From assembly GCA_013239625.1 (NCBI GenBank), contig MU054187.1:7141757-7205756 (forward strand): a DNA stretch of 64,000 nt, given 5' to 3'. The notes under the pieces are model-generated. The model did not search any database. It saw only the letters and a program-made list of their open reading frames with translations, and was not told where the DNA came from. The first letter of the stretch is position 1; each line of letters starts with the position of its first letter. Shown here piece by piece: positions 62,705-64,000 of the stretch. This DNA is from Lama guanicoe. Its lineage: Eukaryota. Made by a program: the position numbers and the translations under genes.

Positions 62705-62840
62705 AATTCTAATGTGACAATGAGTGTGTATATGTCCATGAATGACTGAAAATTTGTGCTGAACACTGGAATCTGACACAACACTGTAAAATGATTATGA
62801 ATCAATAAAAAATGTAAAAAAAAAAAGAAAAAAAAAAAGA
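62705..62840 (+). mobile_element. Short, relatively young L1 3' end with poly(A) tail
   Basis: tatgtccatgaatgactgaaaatttgtgctgaacactggaatctgacacaacactgtaaaatgattatgaatcaataaaaaatgtaaaaaaaaaaagaaaaaaaaaaa. No TSD identified. Confidence 0.8.
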
Positions 62841-64000
62841 TAAAGACAATCTTTCCCCTACTGAATTACGACAGACTCTTTGCACTCTACCTTTAAAAAC
62901 TATATATTAAATTTTTAATATCATTTAAATATAGCTTATTGATTTTTTTCAGTTCTGAGACTATTTCTTTGTGTATGAAGATAGAAACTTATCAGTGATT
63001 TCAGGATAAACATTTTATTTTTTCCAATTGCTGAATATGAGAATATAAAATCTTTAATTTGGAAAAAAAAATTCTAATGGCAAAGACATCGCTTGTCAAT
63101 TTTTTTAACCATAGTGTGCTTAAATTATCAGATAATATTTAATTCCAAGAAATGGAAAAGAAATGACATTTGAGCTACTCATAATTATGTTTAAGGTCAC
63201 TTTGTTGATCTATGGTTTAACTAAACCATGTATTTCAAAACTATAGGCTTTGATATGATAACCAAAAGAGTCAAGAAAATAAATGATCTTCTGTATTCAT
63301 TTATTTAGTTCTTTTTATTTAAAAAAATTGTGGTTTTCTGAGTTGCATTCCCTCTGATGTGCCTCATGCAAAACTGAGTTGATTATGTGTTGAGTTTTTT
63401 TTTTTAATGTTTGATATCTAACTGTCAAAGGAGATAGAAATCAGACACAAACTTATGATAAAATTTTATTCCAAATTTAAGTAAGAGTTTAGAATTTTAA
63501 ATATAATTTGATGCTGTTGATGTTCTCATTCAAATTTTAATACAGCCATTACAAAAAATAGTACAGTTTGTAAATATGTTACAGTGCCAGCAAATTAAGT
63601 GAGAACCACACTGAGAGATTTTTATGAGTGTAACAAACATGTATCATTAGTTCTTAAATTCACTTTTGTTTTATTTGGGTAATATAAATTTTAGTCAAAG
63701 TCATATTGAAAGGAACTTACAGTCCTGCAATAGAAAAGGCCACTGGGTAAGAACTCTTCCAGAACAGAAATTGCTATGAATTTTGAGATCATACTAGTTC
63801 ATCCTGAACCTGATGAATTCTATTAAGATGGGAAATCATAGTTCTTCTGTAGTGACCAAGACTAACTTCCAGAGATTAAATCTAATGGCCAGGAAAGGGA
63901 GCAGTGTACAGTTTGCCTGCAGGTAAATTGCCTTGTGTTAAACTGAATTCACTCACAAAAGCAATTATTTTTCTGTAATATTTTCCCTCCAGAGAGTAAG

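Noticed and set aside
1..64000. Prokaryote-style systems (CRISPR arrays, operons, defence islands)
   Set aside because: The sequence is mammalian repeat-rich DNA with no regularly spaced repeat-spacer array and no dense coding regions.

Overview
Mammalian nuclear DNA, most likely from a camelid (alpaca/llama/camel). The evidence is two ~120-bp tRNA-derived SINEs resembling the camelid vic-1 family (14921-15042, 17077-17195) and cetartiodactyl-type L1 ends; I saw no Alu, B1, Bov-tA or PRE-1 elements. I cannot support any protein-coding gene. The supplied ORFs look like chance open frames, apart from a decayed L1 ORF2 C-terminus. The window reads as intergenic or deep-intronic. It is dense in old repeats (L2, MIR, MLT1, HAL1/L1, Tigger) with a few younger insertions whose target-site duplications (TSDs) are still readable. 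It also has a CpG island at ~32.5-33.3 kb, a smaller CpG patch at ~29.2 kb and several regulatory motif clusters. The best-supported oddities are a 153-bp tail-less L1 5'-end insertion with a perfect 15-bp TSD and a 465-bp ERV1-type solo LTR with a 4-bp TSD and an internal U3 duplication. Weaker, inference-level leads are AG|GT recursive-splice-like motifs, scattered candidate exons, a perfect IR1 nuclear-receptor element, an AP-1/ARE/ETS cluster and a TAATCC cluster. I found no convincing new multi-gene system. Repeat names come from recalled consensus similarity, not a database search, and boundaries of old repeats are approximate.
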